DNA of 64,000 nt from positions 666,843 through 730,842 of the forward strand of contig CP070695.1 in the NCBI GenBank assembly GCA_020353515.1, read 5' to 3'. The notes under the pieces are model-generated. The model was given only the letters and a program-made list of their open reading frames with translations, had not been told where the DNA came from and ran no database searches. Position numbers and translations under genes: made by a program. Every line of letters begins with the position of its first letter. Position 1 is the first letter of the stretch. Of this stretch, positions 36,772 through 45,615 are shown piece after piece. Origin of the DNA: Candidatus Heimdallarchaeota archaeon (lineage in GTDB: Archaea; Asgardarchaeota; Heimdallarchaeia; Hodarchaeales; Hodarchaeaceae).

Positions 36772-37476
36772 GTGTGGAAAACACGATTAATATTGTTGTC
36801 AATCTTTTTCAGTTTGTGGGCGTTTAATCTTGGTTTTGTTATTGCTGTAGAACCTGCTGACTACGGAGATGTAGTAGATGTGAATTACTCTCTATGGCTA
36901 GATGAGGGGCATACAATAGAAAAGGAAGGGAATATTAATGTGAATTTGCGTTACATCTATCTTAGAAGGAGTCAAACTGAACCAGTTCCAACAAAAGTAT
37001 ACAGGGCATTACCAGCAGCCCCGAATGAAGACCTTCAACAAGTATACCTTCAAGCATTCATTGATGCAGTTATTGGAATGGAGGTTGATGAAACAAAGAA
37101 TTTTATGATTGCAGCTAAAGATGCTTACGGGAATGAAGACCTTTATTATTACATCAAGATACTAGCACTTCTTTATGACGCTTCAGCACAAGATACTGAG
37201 GAAAAAGAAACCTCAGATCCTTTTAAAGATTTTTATCCCCTATTAATAGGCGGGAGTGTGATTGTAGCTGGAGGGGGATTAGCAGTGTGGTATGTATACT
37301 CATCACGAACACACAAGTCAGCACTTTCAGAGGAGAAAATGAGTTCCGCAGTACGAGCTAAATCGATCCAGAGAGACAAAGACAAAATTAAAGAACTACG
37401 AGAGCTCACAGAGGCAATGATAGGTTCAGCTGAGACTGCAAAGAAAGAAGAGGTAAAATTCCGCCGACGTCGATGA
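36772..37476 (+). CDS. Exported, membrane-anchored FKBP-type PPIase-like protein
   Basis: Signal peptide; GDVVDVNY...AFIDAVIGMEVDETKNFMIAAKDAYG FKBP pattern; C-terminal TM plus basic coiled tail. Confidence 0.7.
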   Translation: MWKTRLILLSIFFSLWAFNLGFVIAVEPADYGDVVDVNYSLWLDEGHTIEKEGNINVNLRYIYLRRSQTEPVPTKVYRALPAAPNEDLQQVYLQAFIDAVIGMEVDETKNFMIAAKDAYGNEDLYYYIKILALLYDASAQDTEEKETSDPFKDFYPLLIGGSVIVAGGGLAVWYVYSSRTHKSALSEEKMSSAVRAKSIQRDKDKIKELRELTEAMIGSAETAKKEEVKFRRRR

Positions 37477-37489
37477 TTATGCAACTCCT

Positions 37490-37939
37490 ATGAGAAGAAA
37501 AAAACGAAAAATCATGTCGAAAAAACTATTGGAAGGATTATGGCAATCAGAAAAGGCAAAAATCATTGAATCCTTACCAAAAACAAAAAAATCCGTGACA
37601 TCTCTACTCTCACATCCTGTATTTGAGCTAAACAACGGTGAAGAGTCGATCGTGGAACTCTCAGAACTAGAATTCATCAAAAGCGTTATACCAAGCGCTC
37701 TAAACGATCAACTGATGTTACCCTTTATTTTTCAGAAGAAAAAAAGCCAATACACTTTACTTGGGGGAAAACTTGAACAATGGGTTGTTGAGAAAATTCT
37801 GGGATTGACTAAATCCTCTCCATTCCTACTTGAGCTCTTCCATCCACGCTCAGATTACTTCATATATCACGTCAAACGAGTTCAATCAAAGATTCCAACA
37901 TTGGTGTTTCTTACTTTTTCGATAAATACTCAGAGTTAG
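37490..37939 (+). CDS. DUF61-like archaeal protein
   Basis: LP..KKS...LL..P..EL..GE......EL, L.LP; resembles UPF0216/DUF61. Confidence 0.55.
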   Translation: MRRKKRKIMSKKLLEGLWQSEKAKIIESLPKTKKSVTSLLSHPVFELNNGEESIVELSELEFIKSVIPSALNDQLMLPFIFQKKKSQYTLLGGKLEQWVVEKILGLTKSSPFLLELFHPRSDYFIYHVKRVQSKIPTLVFLTFSINTQS

Positions 37940-37942
37940 ATA

Positions 37943-38344
37943 TTAATAAAGTAAAACATTTTGACTATCAGAATCTTCCATTGTTGTTGTTTTAACCCCC
38001 GAAGAAAGAATTCGGATCAAATCATTTCTTGTAAGTAAAAAAATCCGAATTTTTTCTGCAAGGGATCGCGCTGGGTCAGAGAAGTAATTCGTTACAACAA
38101 GCATTTTAGATAAGAATCGACTATTTTTCATGACTTTTTCTGCGCGAATAACGATATCAACACCAACAGCTCGTTTCCAGTCCTTAATGATGACTCCAAT
38201 ACCTTCATTTTCATCACCATTTTGAATGACAAAATCGATTTCATTATCTCGCTGATGGAATTTCCGATCAACCATCAAATTGCGTTGACGACAATATTCG
38301 AGTGTAAGCTCTTCTAATCCAAGTAATTGATAATTATTTTTCAC
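37943..38344 (-). CDS. Stand-alone Mrr-like restriction-endonuclease-fold protein
   Basis: EIDFVI...IIKDWKRAVGVDIV...VVTNYFSDPA...AE...IFLL; GTG start overlaps the upstream stop. Confidence 0.75.
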   Translation of the reverse strand: MKNNYQLLGLEELTLEYCRQRNLMVDRKFHQRDNEIDFVIQNGDENEGIGVIIKDWKRAVGVDIVIRAEKVMKNSRFLSKMLVVTNYFSDPARSLAEKIRIFLLTRNDLIRILSSGVKTTTMEDSDSQNVLLY

Positions 38345-39452
38345 GATTTATCCCTTCAAATGTGATATAAGCATCCTCAGTAAAAGTTAATTCGAATGCC
38401 AGACGCTCAAGAATTCCAAAAATCGCTCTATTTGGTCGATAGGCTTTCTCTCTTAAATCTCGATCTGTAGATTGTTCATAAATCAGATTACCACTCAATA
38501 AATCTCCCAAGTGGTGACTTATGGTGCTTTTTGTTTTATTCATCAAAATTGTAAGTTCTTTATGGATAAGGTATCTTCGCTTAGCAGGGGGCAGAAAGTC
38601 GTTGTGAACCTCTCGTACTAGGATCTCACGAAGAATGGGAGATTTACTCAAAGGAAAAGTCTTCAAGGCTTTTGAATTAATTCCAAAAGTATATCGAATA
38701 TCTTCAACTCTACGAGAAAACGTGAAGATTTCCTTTAAGATTCTTAAAGCCACTCCTGGGTTCCCTAGAGATAGTTTTGCTATTTTTTGACATTCATCTT
38801 CTGTTATGGGGAGATCAATTCCCCCATAACAGACTTTAAGACGTCTATTAAGGATGTCCCTGATATCTGATGAAATTAAGTGGGGCATTGATAAGAAATT
38901 TTGGTATGTCTTGTCTCCACTTTGAATACAAAGACGACGATAAATTTCAAATTCTGTGTTATCCATTATTGCGATAATTTTAGGTGAATCAGCAGGGGAT
39001 TTTAGTGATAAAAGCCGGGCAAGGGTTTTATGTAAATAAAAAGCATTATCTAGAAAAATGATGTCGGACTTTAATTCCATATTCAAGCTAACTGTTTCAT
39101 TAGGATCAACGGTTCGTTCTGTAAAAAAAGTGGCTGCATCTTGATAATTTGCCAAGACATTCAGCTTTTGACTGTATTCTTTGAAAATATGTGCAAAAAC
39201 TGTTTTTCCACTTCCACGTGGCCCTTTTAGGAATAATAAATCATTTTCTGATTCATGGATGAAATCGATTATCTTTGCAATGAGGTTTTTAAATTGTGGA
39301 TTTTCTCCATAAAATGCTTTAGGTTGTTGAAGAGGAAGTAAAGGCTCACAAGGATCACATAGAAATCCTATTCTTCTCCGTTGCTTTTCTTGTTTTTGTT
39401 GCTTGGCAGCATCCTCAAATAATTCACTGATATGATCATCACGGCTCTTCAT
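38334..39452 (-). CDS. AAA+ ATPase with C-terminal winged helix (Walker B degenerate)
   Basis: GPRGSGKT, IIFLDNA, ILNRRL, GNPGVAL, HTH KSTISHHLGDL; start reassigned to ATG 39452 (ATGA overlap, SD gaggagg). Confidence 0.8.
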   Translation of the reverse strand: MKSRDDHISELFEDAAKQQKQEKQRRRIGFLCDPCEPLLPLQQPKAFYGENPQFKNLIAKIIDFIHESENDLLFLKGPRGSGKTVFAHIFKEYSQKLNVLANYQDAATFFTERTVDPNETVSLNMELKSDIIFLDNAFYLHKTLARLLSLKSPADSPKIIAIMDNTEFEIYRRLCIQSGDKTYQNFLSMPHLISSDIRDILNRRLKVCYGGIDLPITEDECQKIAKLSLGNPGVALRILKEIFTFSRRVEDIRYTFGINSKALKTFPLSKSPILREILVREVHNDFLPPAKRRYLIHKELTILMNKTKSTISHHLGDLLSGNLIYEQSTDRDLREKAYRPNRAIFGILERLAFELTFTEDAYITFEGINREK

Positions 39453-40783
39453 GATAGCTTCCTCCTCGACAAAAAGATAGTTTTCGGTTCTATATGATAT
39501 TTTTCTTGTTTTAAATGCTGATAAACAGTAATGATTTCCAGAGCATGAGCCATATGAGAATTCCATTTAACATAGAAAATTTTAGAGCGGGCATCATGAA
39601 CGTCGTCTTTCGCTTCTAGGATTGGAATCGGAAGAGTGGATGTTAATGGTTTAATATGGTAATTCATTGTAGAAAGGTTAACAGCAAAAAGATCAGCTAG
39701 GTCTGAACTGCGTAGCCCATCTACTCCTGTAGCTGGGAAAAAAAAGCGTTCCTGTAACTGATGACCAAGAATGGCTGCAATTATGTCTCGCCGTTTTGGA
39801 GTGAGAAGGGTTGTAGTTTCTTCAGCCGTGTCTTTATCAATGGATTCTACAAGGTCTATTGCTACATTATAGCCTTCTCTACCAACAACTGCGTTAACAA
39901 TCCGAGCTGTGACTTTATCAATATTTTGAATAATTATCTCTTCTAAACAGTCTGAGGCCAGCTGTAATGCCACGGTAGGTATGCCTAGACTAAAATTAGC
40001 AATTGTTTCAATGGCTTTCGCTGAAAAAAGATCCAGGGGATTTCTAGCAATACTTAATCGTTGCGTTAATAGTATGCGAATTTCAGTTTTAGAGAAAACA
40101 GGAAAAAAGAAATATTCAGGATTAAAATAAGAGAGAAAATCTCGGGCGAGGATTTTTTGGTTTGCTTCTAAGAGAACTGTTAACGCGATACTATTAACAA
40201 ATCCGATAATTATAACTCCATGTTCTGCTCGGGTCTCAATATCAGTCATGAACTGTCTAATACGGGGAATAGCTGGAGTTCCTGTTATGGTATAATCCAA
40301 TTCATCAATAAAAATGATAAGAGGTTTATCTACAAGTTTGATATCATTCAGGAAACTTTCATAGGTCTCTATTGTTTTGGTTGATGAACTAAATTGATCC
40401 TCTATAGGTTCTCGCCAGTCAGATAGATCAGTATAAATCGTAATATAGTCTTGAAAACCTATTTGATCCCATTCTCGATCGAAATGACGAGCAAGATGCG
40501 ATTTCCCACTCCCACGTAACCCATGAGTAAGTAAATGGCGAAATGGAGAGAGAGGGTCTTGTTCAAATAAACGAATGGCATTTCCAACTTGAATGGCAAA
40601 ATCTAACAGAACTTCCTCACGAGCAACGTAAAAATCAGGGTTATTAGGATCCACTTTTTGTTGGAATGGATCTTGAGGGAAGCCAAATCGCTCAAAGGGA
40701 GTTTTTTTGGCAAGTTGGCCCGAGCGACCTGCTTTCAAAGCCTCTTTGATCTTATCCGCCAATTTGGTCAAGCGAGGAACCAC
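39449..40783 (-). CDS. AAA+ ATPase with C-terminal winged helix (Cdc6/ExeA-like)
   Basis: FGFPQDPF, GLRGSGKS, IIFIDELD, FPVFSKTEIRILLTQRL, GIPTVAL, HTH SSDLADLFAVNLSTMNYHI. Confidence 0.82.
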   Translation of the reverse strand: MVPRLTKLADKIKEALKAGRSGQLAKKTPFERFGFPQDPFQQKVDPNNPDFYVAREEVLLDFAIQVGNAIRLFEQDPLSPFRHLLTHGLRGSGKSHLARHFDREWDQIGFQDYITIYTDLSDWREPIEDQFSSSTKTIETYESFLNDIKLVDKPLIIFIDELDYTITGTPAIPRIRQFMTDIETRAEHGVIIIGFVNSIALTVLLEANQKILARDFLSYFNPEYFFFPVFSKTEIRILLTQRLSIARNPLDLFSAKAIETIANFSLGIPTVALQLASDCLEEIIIQNIDKVTARIVNAVVGREGYNVAIDLVESIDKDTAEETTTLLTPKRRDIIAAILGHQLQERFFFPATGVDGLRSSDLADLFAVNLSTMNYHIKPLTSTLPIPILEAKDDVHDARSKIFYVKWNSHMAHALEIITVYQHLKQEKYHIEPKTIFLSRRKLS

Positions 40784-40976
40784 TCTTAGATATTCTCGAT
40801 ATATCAGAATACTATGAGCTCATCGAACAAAACATGTCTTTTTCGACATAATAGTTTTGAACCCTATAGAAGGATTAACGATGAGCATGGTTTTGTCAGT
40901 CCGTATCCATATCAGTTCTGTCTTATTTGATGACATGAAGGATTGAAAGTTCGATTTTTGGATTTTCCTAACACAA

Positions 40977-41104
40977 TCGAATCAAATCGAACTATTCGAA
41001 CTATCCCTTAAAAAGCTTTTCTGAAAGTATTTTAAATGTCAAGAGGACTGGTTATTCTAGAAAAGAGATATAAGTTTTTATAAAGAATGCCTTCATCGAA
41101 CTAT
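40977..41104. repeat. Clustered TCGAAC(TAT) direct repeats upstream of the AAA+ operon
   Basis: atcgaatcaaatcgaactattcgaactat at about 40977-41005, atcgaactat at about 41095-41104, atcgaac also near 40822. Confidence 0.45.
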
Positions 41105-41392
41105 TTTTAATAATTTTCAACTCTTGATTTCAAGTGTTTTTTATATTAATTTCCCGACATTTTTGTTTCATAAGCCTTTTCACGATCTATCAATGTTAAC
41201 TGTGTCTTTATAATACCATGTACCTTTTTTTAATGAAACTCCTGGTTCCTAACAAGTACCATGTAATTTGAGTAAAATTGTGCCTATTAGTGCTGTTACG
41301 TACTAATGATGTGATATTTCATTCTTGTCTCGCCGGCCTATTCAGTTAGCTTTAAGAACCATTCTATCCCTTCTAGACATGAAGGAGAGCAT

Positions 41393-41533
41393 TTGCAAGA
41401 CGAATCTCAGTTTATTGACACATTAATAAAGACGGCGTATAATTACGGAAAACGGTACATATATCGCACTCTCTCCAATATTCTTAAGGAATGGTCATTG
41501 GACGAGCTCCTTGAGGATAGTCAATTTCGTTAA
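41393..41533 (+). CDS. Small unannotated ORF (46 aa)
   Basis: TTG start with SD aggag upstream and TATA-like tttaa near 41351; MQDESQFIDTLIKTAYNYGKRYIYRTLSNILKEWSLDELLEDSQFR. Confidence 0.4.
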   Translation: MQDESQFIDTLIKTAYNYGKRYIYRTLSNILKEWSLDELLEDSQFR

Positions 41534-41641
41534 TTGTAACTAATACTCATTGCAAGTTTTAATCACCTTTTCTTTGAATCTCTTTTCTTTTTAATATTCT
41601 TCCCTATGATTTTTCAATATATCTTCTCGAATATTCGAAAT

Positions 41642-41658
41642 TCGAACAGTTTATAAAT
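41642..41658 (+). promoter_or_regulatory. BRE/TATA promoter of the PadR operon
   Basis: cgaacag-tttataaa about 30 nt before the ATG at 41687. Confidence 0.55.
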
Positions 41659-41686
41659 TTCTCTAAATAATACTTCCTTGGTTTGA

Positions 41687-42058
41687 ATGGTTGATAGTGA
41701 ATCCGCTCGTGAATATAATTCATATTTAGGCAAGGACTTATCAACTTTACTCATTTTATCAACCTTAAGTGCCAAGAAAAGATCCAGTACTTATGAATTA
41801 ATCCGAGATATCAAAACTAAGACTAATAACAAGATCTCTCTTCGAGCGGGCACTATTTATCCTCACATGGAGAAATTAGAATCGCTGGGGGTCATAAACA
41901 AATATGTAGAAGATACTCCCTCCCGTTCCGAGGGAGTTATTCGTCAAAAATCTGTCTACTCGATAACTCAGAAAGGACTTGAAATGCTAAGGGAAAAAAT
42001 GCGAGATTGGAACGACCTTCAATTCATAATTAATAGTTTACTAGCAAACGAAATGTGA
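41687..42058 (+). CDS. PadR-family transcriptional regulator
   Basis: YELIRDI, GTIYP.MEKLE..G, YSITQKG...L...W. Confidence 0.9.
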   Translation: MVDSESAREYNSYLGKDLSTLLILSTLSAKKRSSTYELIRDIKTKTNNKISLRAGTIYPHMEKLESLGVINKYVEDTPSRSEGVIRQKSVYSITQKGLEMLREKMRDWNDLQFIINSLLANEM

Positions 42059-42067
42059 GCATGTTAA

Positions 42068-43255
42068 ATGAATCCTAATAATTCACAATTTCAGGAATTT
42101 TCAACCTATTTCACTTCTGATGCTTGGCAACTAGTCAGTTCTTTCCTTAATAATCTTCAAGCGAAGATGGATCAGTTTAGTGTATCAACTGAAGAACAGA
42201 CAACAATTCTTCATGGAATAGAAGAATATATTCTTGAATTCATTGAAAATTATAAAGATCGGGCAAAGATCACTTTTGTTGAAGCTCTGGAGCTTATTCA
42301 AGAAATAGGTTCTCCTTCTGAAATTCTCCACTCTATGGATCTCCCGTTTGATCAGACAATTAAACCAGAGATCATAACACCAGAAAATGATTCTTCAACG
42401 TATGCTAAAGTGAAATGTAAGGCCTGTGAGTGGCCAAATGAACCTGATTCTCGATTCTGTGACCATTGTGGCGTTAGAATTGGTGAATTAATAGAAGGCA
42501 GAAAGCAGCTTCGCCTTCCTAGAATACCTGATGAAATTATTGTATTTCCTTATATATCAGGTTTCCTACTTGCTTACCTGCTATTGATTTTTACTGGAGT
42601 TCTTACCATAATCATAACTTATTCTTCTCTTAATTACCCAAATTTAGATTATATCCCCGAATTATACCGTAAATTAAGTGATACTCCACCTGATATGATT
42701 ATTCCAGCATTTATAATTGGATTGATCATAGGATATCTTATCGAGCGTTTTTATTCAGGGAAATTGACCAAGTATCGACATGATGTGCATTTGACTCAAT
42801 TCCAAAGGTATTTTTCCCTCGGATTAGTTCTTACAGTTATTGCCCTCTGGTTATTCTTTATTTATGTCCCGATCCGAGTAACACGTGATGAATTAACCAC
42901 GTTGTTTATTTTTCTAACAATTGTATGTGTTTTCTTTTCCATATGGATCTATAAATGGAACTCAACAAGGAAACCCTCCGACACGCCCTATCTAACTATC
43001 CTGAGGCACATAAAGGGGTTGGAAGAAGATAATTTTCGGAAAATCCTGACTTTTAATTTAGTTGGTGATGTAGGAATCTTTTTGCTTGTATTCATTTTTT
43101 GGAGCCCGATAATGCCTTGGAATGTAGTTGCAATTCCTGCATGGATTGTCCTAGTTATAAGTCTCATAATACTTCTAAATGGAGTTCTTCTAATGAATTA
43201 TTATTCTTGGATGCACATAAATCGATTTATTGGCTTCACTAAACCATTTTCTTAA
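42068..43255 (+). CDS. Membrane protein with N-terminal HAAS-like helical domain and zinc ribbon
   Basis: FL..L...EEQ..IL..IEEYI....IGSPSEI (HAAS-like), CKAC...FCDHCG ribbon, about 6 TM helices; 9 nt after padR. Confidence 0.65.
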   Translation: MNPNNSQFQEFSTYFTSDAWQLVSSFLNNLQAKMDQFSVSTEEQTTILHGIEEYILEFIENYKDRAKITFVEALELIQEIGSPSEILHSMDLPFDQTIKPEIITPENDSSTYAKVKCKACEWPNEPDSRFCDHCGVRIGELIEGRKQLRLPRIPDEIIVFPYISGFLLAYLLLIFTGVLTIIITYSSLNYPNLDYIPELYRKLSDTPPDMIIPAFIIGLIIGYLIERFYSGKLTKYRHDVHLTQFQRYFSLGLVLTVIALWLFFIYVPIRVTRDELTTLFIFLTIVCVFFSIWIYKWNSTRKPSDTPYLTILRHIKGLEEDNFRKILTFNLVGDVGIFLLVFIFWSPIMPWNVVAIPAWIVLVISLIILLNGVLLMNYYSWMHINRFIGFTKPFS

Positions 43256-43646
43256 TGATTTTTTTGATTGTTATATTTTTAGCTCGTTACAGTTGAAGTA
43301 AGGGCACTAGGTAGCGTATTTAATGTTAATAACCAAATTTCTTTTTTCGAGTGTTCGGAAATCGAATAGTTTATAAACTAATATTTGGGTTTCAATATCC
43401 AGATCAAAAACCTTCAAAAAAATAAGTTGATGAACACAATGATGAAAATAAATCTCAAACGAATAAAAAATGGTAGGAAAAGGCGTTTCAATATAATTAA
43501 TAGGGAAAAATATCATTCTTCTAGGAAAAGTACTCATAAAAATACCCATTTGGGTGTTAGATCAGTTTGGTGTGGCTCCCTACAATATGATGGGATTTAT
43601 ATTCTTAAACGCATTCCAAAACGAAGAAATTAGGAGATATTAGGGT

Positions 43647-45602
43647 ATGAGATATGCAAAGCTTTTAGCATTATTGCTAATACTCCTACCTTTATTTTCT
43701 ATCAGAATAATTGATTCCGTGGCAGAAAATGCTTCCACCCTCGGCTACATGTTTATTGATAATCAAAGAGGAGCTGGGAAAATATTCGAGTCGAACGTCC
43801 TTCCCGAAAATGTAAGTTTTTCAAATATGTCTTTATCGGTCAAACTAAATGAAGCTCTTTCAGTGATTGAAGGAATTTTAACTGTATTTTATGTTAACAA
43901 TGATCATGTCACATTTGATTCTATTCCCTTCCATCTTTATCCTTCTGGTATGCAGTATGAAAGTCGTCAGGGAGAAATCAGCATTTTAAATGTCACTACA
44001 ACAGATTCTCCAAGCATTAGCCTTCTCTATGAAGTTTTTTCTGATCAACAACTGATGTGGGTGAATCTAAGTTCTCCATTGGAATATCAACAGAACACAT
44101 CTTTTCGTATAGCCTTTACTACAACTCTTCCCGATGGTCAAGATAGAGCTAATTCTTATGGGCTTGATAGTGGACAATCACGTGTTTATACTTGTACTGC
44201 TTTTTATCCGATACCTTGTGTGTATGATAAGTATGATGGTTGGAATACTGATAAGTATCTTACTATGGGTGATCCCTTTTATTTTGATATGGCTTACTAT
44301 GACCTTGTGATTGAAGTTCCTAACAATATGACTGTCGTCGCAACGGGGGAATTACTCAGCAGCACTACCATTGGAACATCAACTGTCTATCATTATAATC
44401 CCCATTATCCAGTACGGGAAGTGGTATTTTCAGCATCACGATATTTTCTGAAAGAATCTCAGATCATTAATGGCATGAATATCTCATGCTATTATTTACC
44501 CCATAGTAGCAGTCTATGGGAAGATGACGCCCTTAATACCACAATCAACTCGTTTCTTCTCTTTAATAACTCTTTTGGCGCTTATCCTTACAATACGTTC
44601 AATGTTGTAGAGGTCTATGGTTTTTATGGAGGCATGGAATATCCCTGTCAAGTACAAATATCTGAATCCATTGTGGATCAACATCCAGAGGATTATGAGT
44701 TCTTCCAAGAACTAATAATTGCCCATGAAGTGGCTCATCAGTGGTGGTGTCAAATAGTTGGAAATGATCAGATTGATTGGGGACACTTAGATGAGGGATT
44801 AACTTGTTGGTCCACAGATTATTATTTCGACTATTGCTATCCAAGTTGGCACTATTTCGACAATTATTGGGCCCTTGATACTGTAAGAACCTATTATGAG
44901 AACAATGGTTTACCAAATAGAATTAATCAATCAATTTACAACTTCATTGACACTAATATGAGTTATCGTTATACAGCTTACACCAAAGCACCATTAATCT
45001 TGCAAAAGCTTCGCTTAACGATCGGACATGATGATTACATTGCCGGGTTAAGGCACTTCTTTCACAATTACAGGTTTCACCTAGCCAGATTTCCAGATCT
45101 TCAAAGATCCTTCGAAATTGTGACTGGAAATTCCTTGGATTGGTTTTTCCTTCCTTGGTTTGACAATCCTTATCTTCCTAGCTATTATTACATGAATGTG
45201 GATTATAATCCTCATACACAAGCAATCACTGTTACCATTGGAGATCTTAACGAGGACAAGAATGAATATACCTATTCCCAGCAACTATATCTTCAGGTTA
45301 TGGATTTTCAAAAACAAGAAATCTACCATCGTGAACAATTCTGGATAAATGGTACGACTACAGTATCCCTCGTGGTTTCTGATAAAGACGATCCTGGGGC
45401 AGTACTTTTGATGTACGAATCTGATGTTCTTGTCCAATTATGGTCGGCTGATGTAACTGCGTTAACTTTTCTTACTGATAGCTGGTTCAAATCAAACCTA
45501 ATCGAACTAATAGAACTGTCAGTATTTCTTGTTGTTATTTGTGTACTATCGGGTTATATTGTTTGGGGGATCAAAAAGCGAAAGTTTCCCAATAAAAGTT
45601 GA
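43647..45602 (+). CDS. Secreted, membrane-anchored M1-family metalloaminopeptidase
   Basis: Signal peptide, GGMEYP, HEVAHQWW-x-LDEG, AYTK; C-terminal TM and basic tail; many NxS/T sequons. Confidence 0.92.
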   Translation: MRYAKLLALLLILLPLFSIRIIDSVAENASTLGYMFIDNQRGAGKIFESNVLPENVSFSNMSLSVKLNEALSVIEGILTVFYVNNDHVTFDSIPFHLYPSGMQYESRQGEISILNVTTTDSPSISLLYEVFSDQQLMWVNLSSPLEYQQNTSFRIAFTTTLPDGQDRANSYGLDSGQSRVYTCTAFYPIPCVYDKYDGWNTDKYLTMGDPFYFDMAYYDLVIEVPNNMTVVATGELLSSTTIGTSTVYHYNPHYPVREVVFSASRYFLKESQIINGMNISCYYLPHSSSLWEDDALNTTINSFLLFNNSFGAYPYNTFNVVEVYGFYGGMEYPCQVQISESIVDQHPEDYEFFQELIIAHEVAHQWWCQIVGNDQIDWGHLDEGLTCWSTDYYFDYCYPSWHYFDNYWALDTVRTYYENNGLPNRINQSIYNFIDTNMSYRYTAYTKAPLILQKLRLTIGHDDYIAGLRHFFHNYRFHLARFPDLQRSFEIVTGNSLDWFFLPWFDNPYLPSYYYMNVDYNPHTQAITVTIGDLNEDKNEYTYSQQLYLQVMDFQKQEIYHREQFWINGTTTVSLVVSDKDDPGAVLLMYESDVLVQLWSADVTALTFLTDSWFKSNLIELIELSVFLVVICVLSGYIVWGIKKRKFPNKS

Positions 45603-45615
45603 ATGAGTTGATAAA

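Noticed and set aside
39453-39566. N-terminal extension of the second ATPase given in the ORF track
   Set aside because: It overlaps the upstream gene by over 100 nt; the ATG at 39452 has an SD and an ATGA coupling
40784-41340. Canonical archaeal replication origin
   Set aside because: No ORB consensus with G-string was recognised and the adjacent ATPases are not clear Orc1/Cdc6 orthologues; kept only as a speculative finding
43307-43633. 80-aa and 82-aa overlapping ORFs
   Set aside because: Low-complexity translations of AT-rich promoter DNA on opposite strands, with no motifs
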